Assembly (NCBI GenBank): GCA_030167865.1
Contig: JALAGF010006507.1
Span: 1-45,339, forward strand
Direction: 5' to 3'
Source of the DNA: Craspedostauros australis
Taxonomy: Eukaryota
Length of the DNA: 45,339 bases
The position numbers and the translations under genes were made by a program. The first letter of the stretch is position 1. Every line of letters starts with the position of its first letter. The notes beneath the pieces were generated by a model that saw only the letters and a list, made by a program, of their open reading frames with translations, was not told where the DNA came from and did not search any database. Below, piece after piece: positions 9,609 through 21,079 of this stretch.

Positions 9609-12600
9609 CTACTTCCAGTGTCGCCGGATGCCATAGACGTTTTTGGCAGATGCAAGGTCTGTAAACTCGCGGCTTGGTCGGATGAACTTCCGCGCCAACC
9701 TCCTGTCTTCGTTGTTGTTGTCGTAGTTCACATCGTACGTGCCATCGCTGTGACGATTGATAACCGCGCCCTTCCACCACCGTCTTGTCTTGCCCTTCCA
9801 TCTGCCATCCACCCGATCACCGATCTCGAATGCAATACTCGTATCATCATTCTTCGACGCTGGGGAAGGCTGGGTGCTTCCTTCTGCTGCTGCCAGAAAT
9901 ATCGCCGTTGTTGCAATCTTCCCAACGTCGGGCAGGAAGGACCGAGGTAACAGAGATACGAGTAAGCTTGAAGCCGCCTCCTTCTTCATATTCGCCTTTG
10001 CCTCCGCCCTTTCATCATTGATGGTCGTTCCTGGCAGAAATGACGGTGGCATTGGCGATGGCGATAGCAAAAATGGCTTCGACACCAGCACTCGACAGAT
10101 GGACATGCCATCGCGGTTGGCACACGGCCCTTTCCAGAAAGCGCCACCGTTAGGGACCACGGTGTACGGTCGAGACAGCAGCTTCACGATGTACTCCTGC
10201 GTCCATCGCAAGCTGTCCTCATCAGACAGAGCCACCCAATTGCCAAACTTGTTCTGGCGCAGGATCTGATGTCTGCGTTGGAACCCCGCATCACCCGTGG
10301 CTTGATCGGATGCCGACAATGCCTTCTCCAGGACAGACCAGCACACCGCCGTCTGAAAGTCTTTTGGTAGGCCAAGGTATCGCAACCACAGCCGATGGTG
10401 TCTCAATGCGGCCTTTGACAACCTCTTGTTGCCACGATGGTAATCCAACCATCTCGATTGCTCATACAGATGTGGTGCATGCAACCGGTCCGATACGAGC
10501 ACATCTTCGAGACCGGGTGCGGCCAGGCTGTTGATGTATTGTGCCGTTTGTGTCACGCGCAGCCGGGATAAGTTCATCTCCCATGGCCCCTTCGCGATGG
10601 ATCCATCGTCGAGGTCCTTGCAGAATTGGGATTGCGATGTCAGCATGGAAAACATGAGGAATCCAATGCAAAAAACCACCGTTGTAGTCATTACAGTCAA
10701 CCCAAATAGACGGGGCGCATGGCGCAGCACCGGGTCGTTGGCTCCCATCGACTCAGAGGGGACCAGAGATGCGATATACATGGCGAATAGAATGGCGAGC
10801 ACACAACCGTAGGTGTAGGCAACCTTATCTCTCACATTCTTCAACGTTTCCGACAAGAAGCGTGGCCATGGTGCGTAGTCGTCCTTCTCCTTATGATCCA
10901 CCACGGTGCCAAGCATGGATGCTGGCATGTACTTCAATGGTCCGATCCTGGCCTTGACGAATGATTGCAGGTCGATGAACATGAAGCCACCCTGGTCATG
11001 CATCATTCGGAACGCCGTGCTGCGCCAGTACGTCCACCCCCATTGGCCAGCTGTTGAGGTGGCTGTGGTTCCGGTTGCTGGTAGTTGTGATGAGGAATGC
11101 GATGATTTGGTCTGTGCCGATGTGCCCGTGCTGGATGGTGCGCCGTCTGTTCGGGTTTTGGATATACCATACGCACTTTGATACGGCGCGTTGCCAATGG
11201 TCTGCGGGGCGTGCTTCAATTCTGGCCACGTGAAGCCCCAATGATCGTATCGAATGGCATACACTGGACCATCCGGCAAGGATCTGGAAAACTTGGAGAA
11301 TCCTTGTGAGAGGTCGTGGTCCGGACGGCTCACGAAGGAGATGATCAAGACGGATCGTTCGTGACCGAGGCTGTGCCCGCCTCCTCTATGTTTCAATGCC
11401 GAGCTGTACAGCAGACCGTGTCCTGCGTTCCAAATGCTTGTCCCCGCGACAGGGAATCCTCCCTGCTGGTTGTTGTTCCTGCAGTAGTGAGTGCCAGGTG
11501 CCACCCACGTACTTCCCATCGTTGTGACTGCGAAGACATGGCAGCGATCGTGTGCGTACGAATGCATGTGTGTTAGCAACATAATTTGTCAGTCGTTGGT
11601 AGTCGTTAGAAGACGTTGGTTGGTTGATAGATCAGAGCATTGTACGAGTACTTAGAATTGTAGGATGGTGAAGGAGAAAATGTGAGTGACTGTGAAAGTG
11701 ATTGTGCGGAGATTGTGACTAGAACCAAGTGCGTAGATGGTGCAAGGAACGGCGCTGAAGCCAGCCAGCCAGCCAATCATCCATCCATACTGTGCAATAC
11801 AAGAATCTACCCCCAATATTCGCACACCCACCTGCACTGATGCCCTCACTCACCTGTGTCCTGCAAGGGAATCAGCAATGTGTACAAATGCGCAAAGCTT
11901 CGCCCGTACAGCACCGCGCTTCGCGATTCCCCCGAATCATGATGCCAGTACTGCTCTTCAGCACCTTCCTTGCTCGTGATGGTGCTGAGTTCCACCAGCG
12001 CAAAATCGGGCCCCAGCAATCCCTCCAGGACCTTCTCCAGCAGCGGATTCTGCGTCGTCAGCCGATGCAGCATCTCCTGGATGATGGGTTGCTCCGCGAC
12101 GTCCAATCCGAAGGAGAAGCGGTTCTTGTAGGAAATGACCGGAATGTTCTCAGTGACGCGGATGCGTTCATTCTTCCACAGTACGTAGTCACGCAGATTC
12201 CACAGGAATTGTTGGTCGAGGAGGCCGGGGAAGACGGCACCTCCGTGATGCAGCATGTGGTCCATGGCATGATCCACCAGCGTATCCGAGATCGTGCTGC
12301 TCCCAGTCACGTTGGTAGGCGCACTTTCCTCCTTCCAATTGCTGTTTGCATCAGAAGCATCGCCTTCATCATCAGCAACGCCGATTTCGCCGTTGGTGGC
12401 TTGTGCGGCCGTGGGCACCGCCATGGGGATAGTGATGGCATCTCGATCGTGGGCCGTGACGTCCGTGCAAACGAAGGATTCGTATGTGAGCTCCTCTTCG
12501 GATCGCTTCGGCCATTGCGATGCGGGCTCCTCCTCCCTCCATTGCACGACCTCGGTCAGATACCTGTGGATGTACCTATCATGGAACTGGACGGAAAAGT

Positions 12601-12811
12601 GAAGACTCGCGAGGATGCAGCATGATAGGAATACGACGCATTGGAATGCGATGTGGTTGATCGTGGCGATGGAGACGTGAGAGCCTGCCGCGGTGCTTGA
12701 TCCGCGCGCACTCGCAGATGCGGTGCTGCTGCTGGTAACAACCCTGCGCTTCGTGACGACGCGACGAGTGGTCATTCTTGTTGTCCCTGGAGTCGACGTA
12801 TCGTTCATCAT
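9609..12811 (-). CDS. Membrane-anchored PhyH-like Fe(II)/2-oxoglutarate dioxygenase with DUF6824-like and C-terminal Tudor/Agenet-like domains; 2 exons (12811-11854, 11527-9609), about 958 aa
   Basis: QYWHHD supplies the HxD motif. The splice restores LLIPLQDT-V-TTMGSTWVAPGTH. The distal His lies in LKHRGGGH, followed by ERSVLIISF. There are three hydrophobic stretches, then EDVLVSDR..YHRGNKRL and FEIGDRVDGRWKG..WWKGAV..DGTYDVNYD. Confidence 0.8.
11528..11853 (-). other. Spliceosomal intron, 326 bp
   Basis: On the minus strand: donor GTGAGT, branch-like TGCTAAC near 11575, acceptor TTCGCAG. The join is in frame and restores a PhyH motif. Confidence 0.85.
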
Positions 12812-13604
12812 GTTGTTGGCTCTCTCTCTCTCTCACTCTATCGTTCTATCGCTCTATTCGTACAGAGTGTGGAACTGGAGCTTCAGGGTGAAAGCATGCA
12901 CCCTCGTGTGTATAATACGGAAGGTATGCTGAAGATGCAGACGTGCAGATGACCTCTCCTTGCTGCCAACGCCTCTTGCCCCCTCTCTGTTGTCGGTTGT
13001 GGGTCTCAGCGATCAATTGTTGAAGTTGCTCGCACTGGTAATCGTGACGAACACATCCTCAAATCGCACAGAACGACGAAGATGAGAAGAGAGAAGATCC
13101 AACGAAGATTCGTTCGTTTTGGGAGATAGCCGTATCCACCGAAACTAGAAAAAAACGTTCAAGCCAACCTCCAGCCATCCTGTTCGAAGAGTTGTCTGTC
13201 GCAAGACGTGGTGAATGTGACACAACGCACAGTCCTGTCCACCAAACAGTGATCATGGGCGTGCCTCTCTTCAGAGTGGAGCAAGAATGATACGAGGATA
13301 CTGTAGGGTAGAGTGCAGGCAGCTATTATTCTGGAGTCCGCTGCTACTCCTGCTCCTTGCTTCTTTTCTCGAATCGACTCCCTGTGTGTCATTTCGCCCT
13401 TCCCCATTCGAGATGCGAATTTGTATAATACTGTATCTTCGCAATGAACCAGTCGTACTAATATGTATCCCCAACAACTTTCTCCTGAAGTGTGTGATGC
13501 GCGCATGCTTTTTGTGCAATGCACGGCAGACTACACCATCCCATCTGCATGCAAATATGGTCCCCATTCCACGCACATGCTCACGTGGTCGCTGTCACAC
13601 CCCA

Positions 13605-15723
13605 CTATCGATCCTCAAGCTGCTTCCTCGACCATGCCGCTCCTTGTGTGGACACCACCTGGCCCAGCCAGGACGGTTCGCCATCCATTCGGAATGTCAT
13701 GTCTTCCCCCGTCTTGGGATGCGGCAACGTAATCTCCACAGCCCAAAGGCACAGTCTCGCATGCGGATTCTTGTTGGGATCCGACGTCTGCGCCAAAGGA
13801 TCTGCGATGGGATGTTGGGTGTAGTGCCCGTATCGCACATCGCCCCAAATCGGATGCCCCATCTTCTTCATGTGCTTGCGCAGCTGATGCTTGCGTCCCG
13901 TGATGGGGAACAGATCCATGACCGTGATCCAACCGTCGGACTGGACCATCGTGCGATCGGAAGATCGCGAATACCGCACGACGCTGTACTTGGTGTGCGC
14001 CGTCTTGCCGCCCATGCCGTCCGTGCACTCGCCATTCTTGGGTTCCACCTTGCCCGTCACCAGCGCCCTGTATCGTTTGTGACATTTCTTTTCAGCAAAT
14101 GCCAGTTTGAGATTGCGTTCTGCCATCTTGGTTTTGGCAATGACGAGCAGTCCGCCGGTCGGGCTGTCGAGGCGATGGCACGGAACTGGTTTCGTCAGCA
14201 CGTGATCGTCATCGTCGATCGTCGCGCATGGTGTTCCTTTGCGTCGATCTCCTTTGTGAGAAGGTATCGCCGTATCCTTCAACGCCATGAGCAAGTTGCT
14301 GCGGTAGAGACTGGGCGATTCCCCTTGCACCACCATGCCCTGCGGCTTGATGACGATCGCCATGTGCGGGTCTTGATGCACGATCTGCAGTGGCGTGCTC
14401 CACATGGTGGTGGATTTGATTGCCTTGGCTGGTCCTGGCGGGAGCTGAGAATGAAAATGCTGCGACCGATGGTGGCAGATAACAGCGGTGGAGGAACGGA
14501 ATGTCCGGATGCAGGTGGAACAAATAACGTGCGTGGCGTTCATGGCACCGATCTTGGATTCCATGGGCGCACCGAGCGAGTCGGCAGATTTCTTGGGTTG
14601 CTGCTGTTGCTGCTTCCGGATCTGTCCGTCGGCTGCAGCTGTAGCTGGTCGGGCCGTGTTGTTGCTGGCACCTTTCGCTCCCTTGCGACTGTGGTGGGCA
14701 GCAACAACGCACCACTTGACGAGGTGAACGAGCTGTTGGGAAAGCAACTGCTGGCGCATTTGACGGGTGTGACGAATGGGATTTCCCTGCTCCATATCGA
14801 CGTTGGTGTCGGTGTTGACATCGTCAGCGTCATTCTCAGACTTGCCTTCATGAGACTTGCGATTGTGCGCAACAAGCACGATGGTGCCACGGGATAGGTA
14901 GAAGAGCTTCCCTACATTCACATTCGTCAGCTTGTCGAAAGACTTCTCGTCGTTTGCGTCGTTTGCGCTGTCCGCCCCTGCGTTCTTCTTGTGGCCCTGC
15001 TTCGGTGCTGCCTTGTGTTTGAGAGGCAAAGCGATGCGCTTGGTCGTGTCATCCTTGGGATACACCATGTACAGATCGTAGTCTCCGTCTTGGATGAGAT
15101 CCTGGTTGCCCTGAACCCCCAGTCCAAACCCTATGCCGAACCACCCCTCGTAAGGAATGCGGATGCCATGTTTCAGCACGAACTTTCGCATGCCCTTGGT
15201 CTTGGTTTGGTCAGCGGATTGGGCGTCCACGGCATCAGCATTGTACGGCGAGATGTGGCTGGATCTCCACAATCCCGGTTTGGGTGCTGGAGTGCGTCGC
15301 TTCTTCGCCTTTGGCTCGTCTGTGTGCTGCACATTCGAAGGAGCGGTGTCATTTCGGGAGGTCTGCGGACTTCTCTCCTCATCCTCTCTGTCAACGTGGT
15401 CACTTGGCTGGCTGTGTGACTGAGACTGCAGCGGAGCCGTTGGTTTGGCATTGCTTGACTTGTCCATCTGAATGGCGTTGCTTTCCACCTTGCGCAGGAC
15501 TCTGGATGGAATCTTGGTCGTGCGCCCCTGCACTGGCTTTGACTCCGTTGTTGCAGGATGCTCGTCCATGAATGAGACGGCTCGCACGCTGATTGGCTTG
15601 TCGTACGATGAACCGCGGCTACCGCCGTTATCATCACTGCCAGCGTGGACGCTGCTATCGTCAATGTTGGCATCGTCTTTGACGCCATCGCAGTCGGGCT
15701 GCTGCTGGTGTTCCTGCTGTAAC
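13605..15723 (-). CDS. RluA-family pseudouridine synthase with a C2H2-like zinc finger and a long N-terminal extension; start uncertain
   Basis: Motifs IKPQGM, PCHRLDSPTGGLL (catalytic Asp), KRYRALVTG, PITGRKHQLRKHM, GHPIWGDVRYG and LCLWAVEITLPHP. CSTCIRTFRSSTAVICHHRSQH precedes the catalytic domain. Confidence 0.85.
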
Positions 15724-16866
15724 ATGATGCTGTGGTTGTGTGTCGCAAGTTCCCGCACGGAACGTCACGTTGATGATGCTGGACGGATGGTGACACGGGC
15801 TGGCGTCACCGAATGATTTGGTAGAGTCGTGTCTCTCTGTCCAAACGGCGAAGATGATCAATCAGCGACCCCACAAGAAGTAATTTGCTTGCGTTGACGC
15901 CGGTATGGGAAGCAACGGAAGGGTAATTCCCGTGGAGTATTGGTACGAGGAGACCAGCAATGCGAAGGGAAGGGAGAACAACAACTGATTCTATGACGAT
16001 ACCGAAACGCACAGTACGAGACGTGGAGGGTGCTCCACTCACACTCACAGCCGCGTCGCGGCACAATGATGAGCCACGACAGCCGTTGAGAAACACAAAC
16101 ACGGCGCGAAAAATTCAGGATTTGCGCGTTGTTGGAGGTAGATTGGTCGAGTTAGTCCAATCGACCGGATCGACCGCTTGTCACTTTGGCGCCAAAATGT
16201 GTGCCTTGTGTTGTTTTCGTGTGGCGTTGGATGGTAGCCTCCTGTCATGCCTCCACGCTGTGATTGGAGGCGACGGAATAGAGCGCATCGCAGATGACGC
16301 AGTGCCTTTCGCTGCCTGGAGAGAGACAAAGCAATCGCACGAGTATGCTCTCTAGAGTATTGTACAGTCCATTCCGACAAGTGGCGCTGCTGAAGATGGT
16401 GCATCCAACTATCATTTCTCAGGAGAGAGAGAGAGTACGCAAGTGGAGTTCGACGACCAATGCATGGGCCTTGTTGCCAGCACGAACGACAATTTTGACA
16501 GATGACGACGCAAGGCGGAGAGTATTCGACTTGACCATGTGAAGGGTCTGGTTCTTGACTCAGAGCGTGATTGTTATTCTGCGTCAGGTCGGGAATGTGC
16601 AAAACATGTCTGTCGATGTGAGGTGGATGGAAACTGCCATGAGTACTGATGTATGAGCTCAACCGGCAATGCGCCAAAGAACACCACCATGCGAGATGCA
16701 TTCCTTGACTTTCCATTCAACCTTTGCATCTCACATCATGGAATTGGCATCAGATGAACTTTGGGTAGAATGTGGGTCCTGTTCTATTCCGCGACGTATC
16801 GGTGATTACCAGCGTTTGCGTGTCTGTTTCTGTGTCTGTGCGCGGGCTCATGTGCGATTTCTTCCA

Positions 16867-17601
16867 CTACCGAATCTTGCCCATCGTTTCCTCCGTCAAT
16901 CCTGGCGACATTTCGATTTCACCAACGCATCCTTCCAGCACATTGAATACGCCATTCTTGTACATCAGGGTCTTGCCACGCTTCAGCGGTGGACAGTTGT
17001 CATCGATGTGCACAAAGTGGACGAAACGTCCCTTGGATGTGCGGATTCCACCGAAGACCGGAACACCCGGTGGCAACTTGGCGCTGATGGCCTCAACGCC
17101 GCCGCTTCCCTTCTCCAGCAGGGTCATGTCCGTCTTGGAAGCACCATCGTACCCGATCAGAATCCAGTCGACCTCAGTGTTTTCGTCATCACGGACCTCG
17201 GCCCATGCTGCGGTTGATAAGATAAGGAATGGGGTGCATTGCAATACAGTGCGTGGCGTTACAGTGCGTTGTGTTGCACAAGCGAAACAGAGGAACATTG
17301 CGAATAGAGTGATGGAAGAAGGCAACCAAAGGAATAATCGCGGGTGAGATTCCGTCATTGAGTTGTGGCATTGATTGCGCTCAGGCACCGTGGATTACAT
17401 GTTCATATGCATGCATGCACTAATGCATTCTATGCAAAGCTGTGCGTGTGTGCCAATGTACACGTGCTCTTTGCGCTCGATCCCTCCGAGGCCCGCACCT
17501 TCTGCCACCACTGGAAGCACATTGACACCGCTCGATCGCTTGACACCACCCGATCGGGGGTCCGTCTGCATGGTTCCGGCAATAATTGGGACTGTCGACA
17601 T
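16867..17601 (-). CDS. Coactosin-like ADF-H domain actin-binding protein; 2 exons (17601 or 17571 to 17499, then 17207-16867), about 137-147 aa
   Basis: AWAEVRDDENTEVDWILIGYDG..LLEKGSGGVE..VFGGIR..RFVHFVHIDDNCPPLKRGK follows the coactosin/drebrin ADF-H pattern. The splice gives NVLPVVAE-A-WAEVRDD. Confidence 0.85.
17208..17498 (-). other. Spliceosomal intron, 291 bp (predicted)
   Basis: Donor GTGCGG and acceptor CCGCAG on the minus strand; phase 1, in-frame join. Confidence 0.7.
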
Positions 17602-18086
17602 GGTTGCACTGTATAGTGTTTTGGTATGCTTTAGGGTCTGTACGAGTACTACCGTAGATGTCGTATGGTATGGCTCTTGATGTGGATGGCAGGAGCAATC
17701 AGCAAGACATGTGGTCTTCTTCGGCGTTTGGCTGCTTTTGTGGTGCCTCTCTGTTGTGGTTGCGCCAAAGAGGAGTTGGATCGAGAAACAAAGGTCGTTG
17801 TTGGTTTGTGTTCTCCGGTCTCGCGGTCATTTTCGCAAAGATCCGCCGAATTCGAAGAATTGTGGCTTCCACCACGCTTCCATTGTGCATTTACCGCAAC
17901 TCCCAAGATGCTTTGGCTTTCACGATCATCAAATCAAACAAAGAACAAGCACAAAGGCAGCTCACTTCATCTGTCCTCTCTTGTTTGCTTGATACTGCAC
18001 AAGGAAGTACTTTATCCATCCTCTCCTTGCGCTCATGCCGAGGGAAAACTGGTAATACGAGTATCCTAGTCACATCATCAGCGACG

Positions 18087-18995
18087 ATGAATGCGCAACG
18101 ACGCACATTTCGAGGACGGGGAGGGCCGACAGATGGTCGACTTCCCAAACACAATGCCAGGAGGCGCAAGGTGATACGTCCTCCAGAAAGCAGACGATCG
18201 AAGTACGATGATGACGACAACGACGAGCATGAGCGCGCGAACAGGAGTCTGGGTGTCGACGGAGCTTCCTCGATCAGCCATTCTGATGACGATCCGATGG
18301 ACGATGGTTCAGAGGAAATTCAGAACGTGGACCCATCCACCCATGACATCGCGAATGAGCGGACGCACGTCGCAACATTCATCTCGGAGGACGAAATGAA
18401 GCTGAGAGAGGAGATGAGGCATTTGCTTTCGAGGATCAAACGACTGAGAGAATCCATCCAGCTCTCGTCGGCAGCAATTACAAACCCCACGACTTACGAG
18501 CGCAACGTCCTGAATGTCGTCACGAAATGCTACAATGAATACCATCAGATTCTGCGGCATCATCGTTCCACGATCGAAGAGATTCAGAAGCGTGAATCTG
18601 AGGATCCGGCTCAGCAGGATGCAAACAGCAGCAGTATCGCAAAAGCAATGTCCTTGCCAATGTTCGAACTCATTCAGCATTCCGTGCAATGTGGACCGCT
18701 GACCGGATCCAACGCAGGCTACTTCAAACGATGCGGCAGCGACGTGGCAGGAACGGTTCAGAAATACTTGAACACAATCACCGATGAATTGGAAGCGTGT
18801 AATTTCACTGAGAAACAAACGCAGGCAATTACGAAATGGAAGCAGAATGCCGAGAAGGCTGCCAGCAACGCCAAGCCACCATCCAAGTCCGCTCTGAGGA
18901 AGCAACAGCAAGCCGCGGCTGTCGTCTCCTCCGGCCAGAATGGAAAGAAGAAGCAGGGCAAGAAGAACGGCGGGAAAGCGCACAAAGGGAAGTGA
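18087..18995 (+). CDS. Hypothetical protein with basic termini and a helical core, possibly nuclear
   Basis: 302-aa ORF from MNAQRR with coding-like codon use, an ordered core (FELIQHSVQCGPLTGSNAGYFKRCG) and a Lys-rich tail. Confidence 0.75.
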   Translation: MNAQRRTFRGRGGPTDGRLPKHNARRRKVIRPPESRRSKYDDDDNDEHERANRSLGVDGASSISHSDDDPMDDGSEEIQNVDPSTHDIANERTHVATFISEDEMKLREEMRHLLSRIKRLRESIQLSSAAITNPTTYERNVLNVVTKCYNEYHQILRHHRSTIEEIQKRESEDPAQQDANSSSIAKAMSLPMFELIQHSVQCGPLTGSNAGYFKRCGSDVAGTVQKYLNTITDELEACNFTEKQTQAITKWKQNAEKAASNAKPPSKSALRKQQQAAAVVSSGQNGKKKQGKKNGGKAHKGK

Positions 18996-19415
18996 CATCA
19001 TCAAGGTTATGGGATGCACCCACGACTTATCGTGGACACTAATAATAGGCTGACGCCCAACCTCTACACTATATCCTTTGATTGCTCTTCTCTGCTCAGC
19101 ACACTCTGTGAGTATGTAGCAGTACGTATGTGTGGCACACGCATCAAAGCTTGCCGAGGAAACGACAGTGTTTTGTTGTCTCTCTTTTTAGATGAGGGAC
19201 TTCTGAAGACCCTCGAAATCATCTCGATTGAGAAACTTGGCGAACCCCACCCATCACCAACCATCACCAACCATCAACCATCACCATAGCCACACCCACC
19301 ATTCTCATGGTCGTGCGAAACCCATCAACGCAGACGATGGCCCTTTTCCATACCACGCTCCGGTACGAGCATCCGACACAAGAAGGACCATTCATGTTCT
19401 ACGAGAGCACCCTCC

Positions 19416-20825
19416 ATGATGGATGGACAACCAACAATGGGAGACAAGAACAACGGAAGCAGCTTGAGCTCTGTTGCGAAGAACCTGCCCCATGAGGCGT
19501 TCATTCTGCGCTTGCCCATCAATGCGCTGTTGAACGTGTCTGAAATCGTCCTACCACAGAACGTTCTCAGCGACGACGATGGTGGTGGTGGTGGTCAAGC
19601 ACCAGATGATCATCATCAGCAGGCGCAAGGCCAGCACGCAGCGATCCTTCTCGATGAAATTGGCGCCACGGTCGGTGCCAAATACGGTGCCCAATGCGAC
19701 AGTTCACATGCCACCACCACCATCCTCCGCTTTCCTTCCGACACCGTTCAGAAGGAATCGGTCGATCTGTCATCATCTCAAGATCATGCAACGCAAACTG
19801 TCGGCAAACGAATCACCATCGAACCGAGAGCTCAGCTGAAGGAGTTGGGACAAAAGGCGAGAGCCCGACTGGAGAATGAACGAGCACGGCGTCGAGAGAT
19901 CGTCGTGTTGGAGGAAACTGACCAGCCGCTGCCACCACAGCAAAAGAAGGCCAAGCGCAAGGGACCAGGCTCATCCTTGATCCCAACCCGCAAACGAACA
20001 CGGCGCGCGCATGCTTCGGACCCGGCGGCCACGCCGACGTCAGCAGGACGATCCAGACGTCGACGATCCAAGTCCATCGATCATTACCAGCCCGACATTT
20101 CGCACATTCCATCGATCCCGCGTGAAACATGCTCCACGATCGTTCAGCTGCATGGCCTGCCAACCGACGCGACACCCGAAGCCATCCGTCGATTCTTTTC
20201 CGGTTTGAAAGTCGAGTCCATCTTCACCATCCTGCCGAATCCACATCGCATCCCCATTCTGGACGCGACGCAGGATGATTACGTGACTCCTGCCATTGCA
20301 CGGTTGCCCTCGACGACACGCATCTTTGCCAAATTCAAGTCCGCGCCCGCGGCCATGCTCGCCGTGCAACGATCGTCGGAGCCCATCGCGACATCGGCGT
20401 CTCAGGATGGCGTTATCACGAAGGCCACCATCGGCGTGACGGGGGTGGAAAAGGTCATTGGTGCCTTTCTGTTTCAGCATCTGAGCCGCACGGCGATGGT
20501 GCAGCATCCTGTCGTCGACGCAAAGGCCATCGGCGTTCTATGGTCGCATGTCAATCGAGAATTGCGACTGTTTCCATCGTCGTCACCAGTGTTGCTGGCT
20601 AAGAACGTGGAACTATCCACGCCGCTGTCTCAGTATCAATTGCTCTCCAACTACTACAACGACATAGCAGATTTGGAGGACCGGATGGTCTATCAAGTAG
20701 CTTCGGGGGAGGATGCGCGATTTCTGGAGAAAGCAATTGGAATCACGAACTCTGAGCTGCAGCTCGTGGAGAAACGGCTGTACCGACTACGGTTGGCAGT
20801 CAAGGAACAACGAAAGCGCGCCTAA
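19416..20825 (+). CDS. RRM-domain protein (hnRNP F/H-like quasi-RRM)
   Basis: TIVQLHGLPTDATPEAIRRFFSGLKV and RIFAKFKSAPAAMLAVQR match a qRRM. Basic NLS-like clusters KKAKRK and RKRTRR are present. Confidence 0.75.
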   Translation: MMDGQPTMGDKNNGSSLSSVAKNLPHEAFILRLPINALLNVSEIVLPQNVLSDDDGGGGGQAPDDHHQQAQGQHAAILLDEIGATVGAKYGAQCDSSHATTTILRFPSDTVQKESVDLSSSQDHATQTVGKRITIEPRAQLKELGQKARARLENERARRREIVVLEETDQPLPPQQKKAKRKGPGSSLIPTRKRTRRAHASDPAATPTSAGRSRRRRSKSIDHYQPDISHIPSIPRETCSTIVQLHGLPTDATPEAIRRFFSGLKVESIFTILPNPHRIPILDATQDDYVTPAIARLPSTTRIFAKFKSAPAAMLAVQRSSEPIATSASQDGVITKATIGVTGVEKVIGAFLFQHLSRTAMVQHPVVDAKAIGVLWSHVNRELRLFPSSSPVLLAKNVELSTPLSQYQLLSNYYNDIADLEDRMVYQVASGEDARFLEKAIGITNSELQLVEKRLYRLRLAVKEQRKRA

Positions 20826-21079
20826 TGATGGAGGACTCCGTTTGTCGAGTTGGTAATTCTCCATACAACGGAGAACACTTCGCACTGTGTTTTTTTTACC
20901 CATTCGTAGTGGTTTTGTTTTATCGTTAGATTCGCTGTGTGAAAAAGGTGCTATGCGCGTCATGATCTCTGTTATTGCGATCATGAACATGAGCACGATC
21001 ACCGCCATTGCCTTCGGCCTTGCCAGACGGCGGATTTCATCGTTCTCAACTCAACTCACTCCAACTCAAGTGTTTTCGT

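Noticed and set aside
13287..14897. 536-aa plus-strand ORF
   Set aside because: It is antisense to the pseudouridine synthase and has no motifs.
15800..16860. Short ORFs including 16045-16716 (223 aa)
   Set aside because: They overlap on both strands with no protein-like features and are probably UTR or intergenic. A small spliced gene cannot be fully excluded.
17208..17388. Signal-peptide-like N-terminus on the coactosin ORF
   Set aside because: It falls inside the predicted intron.
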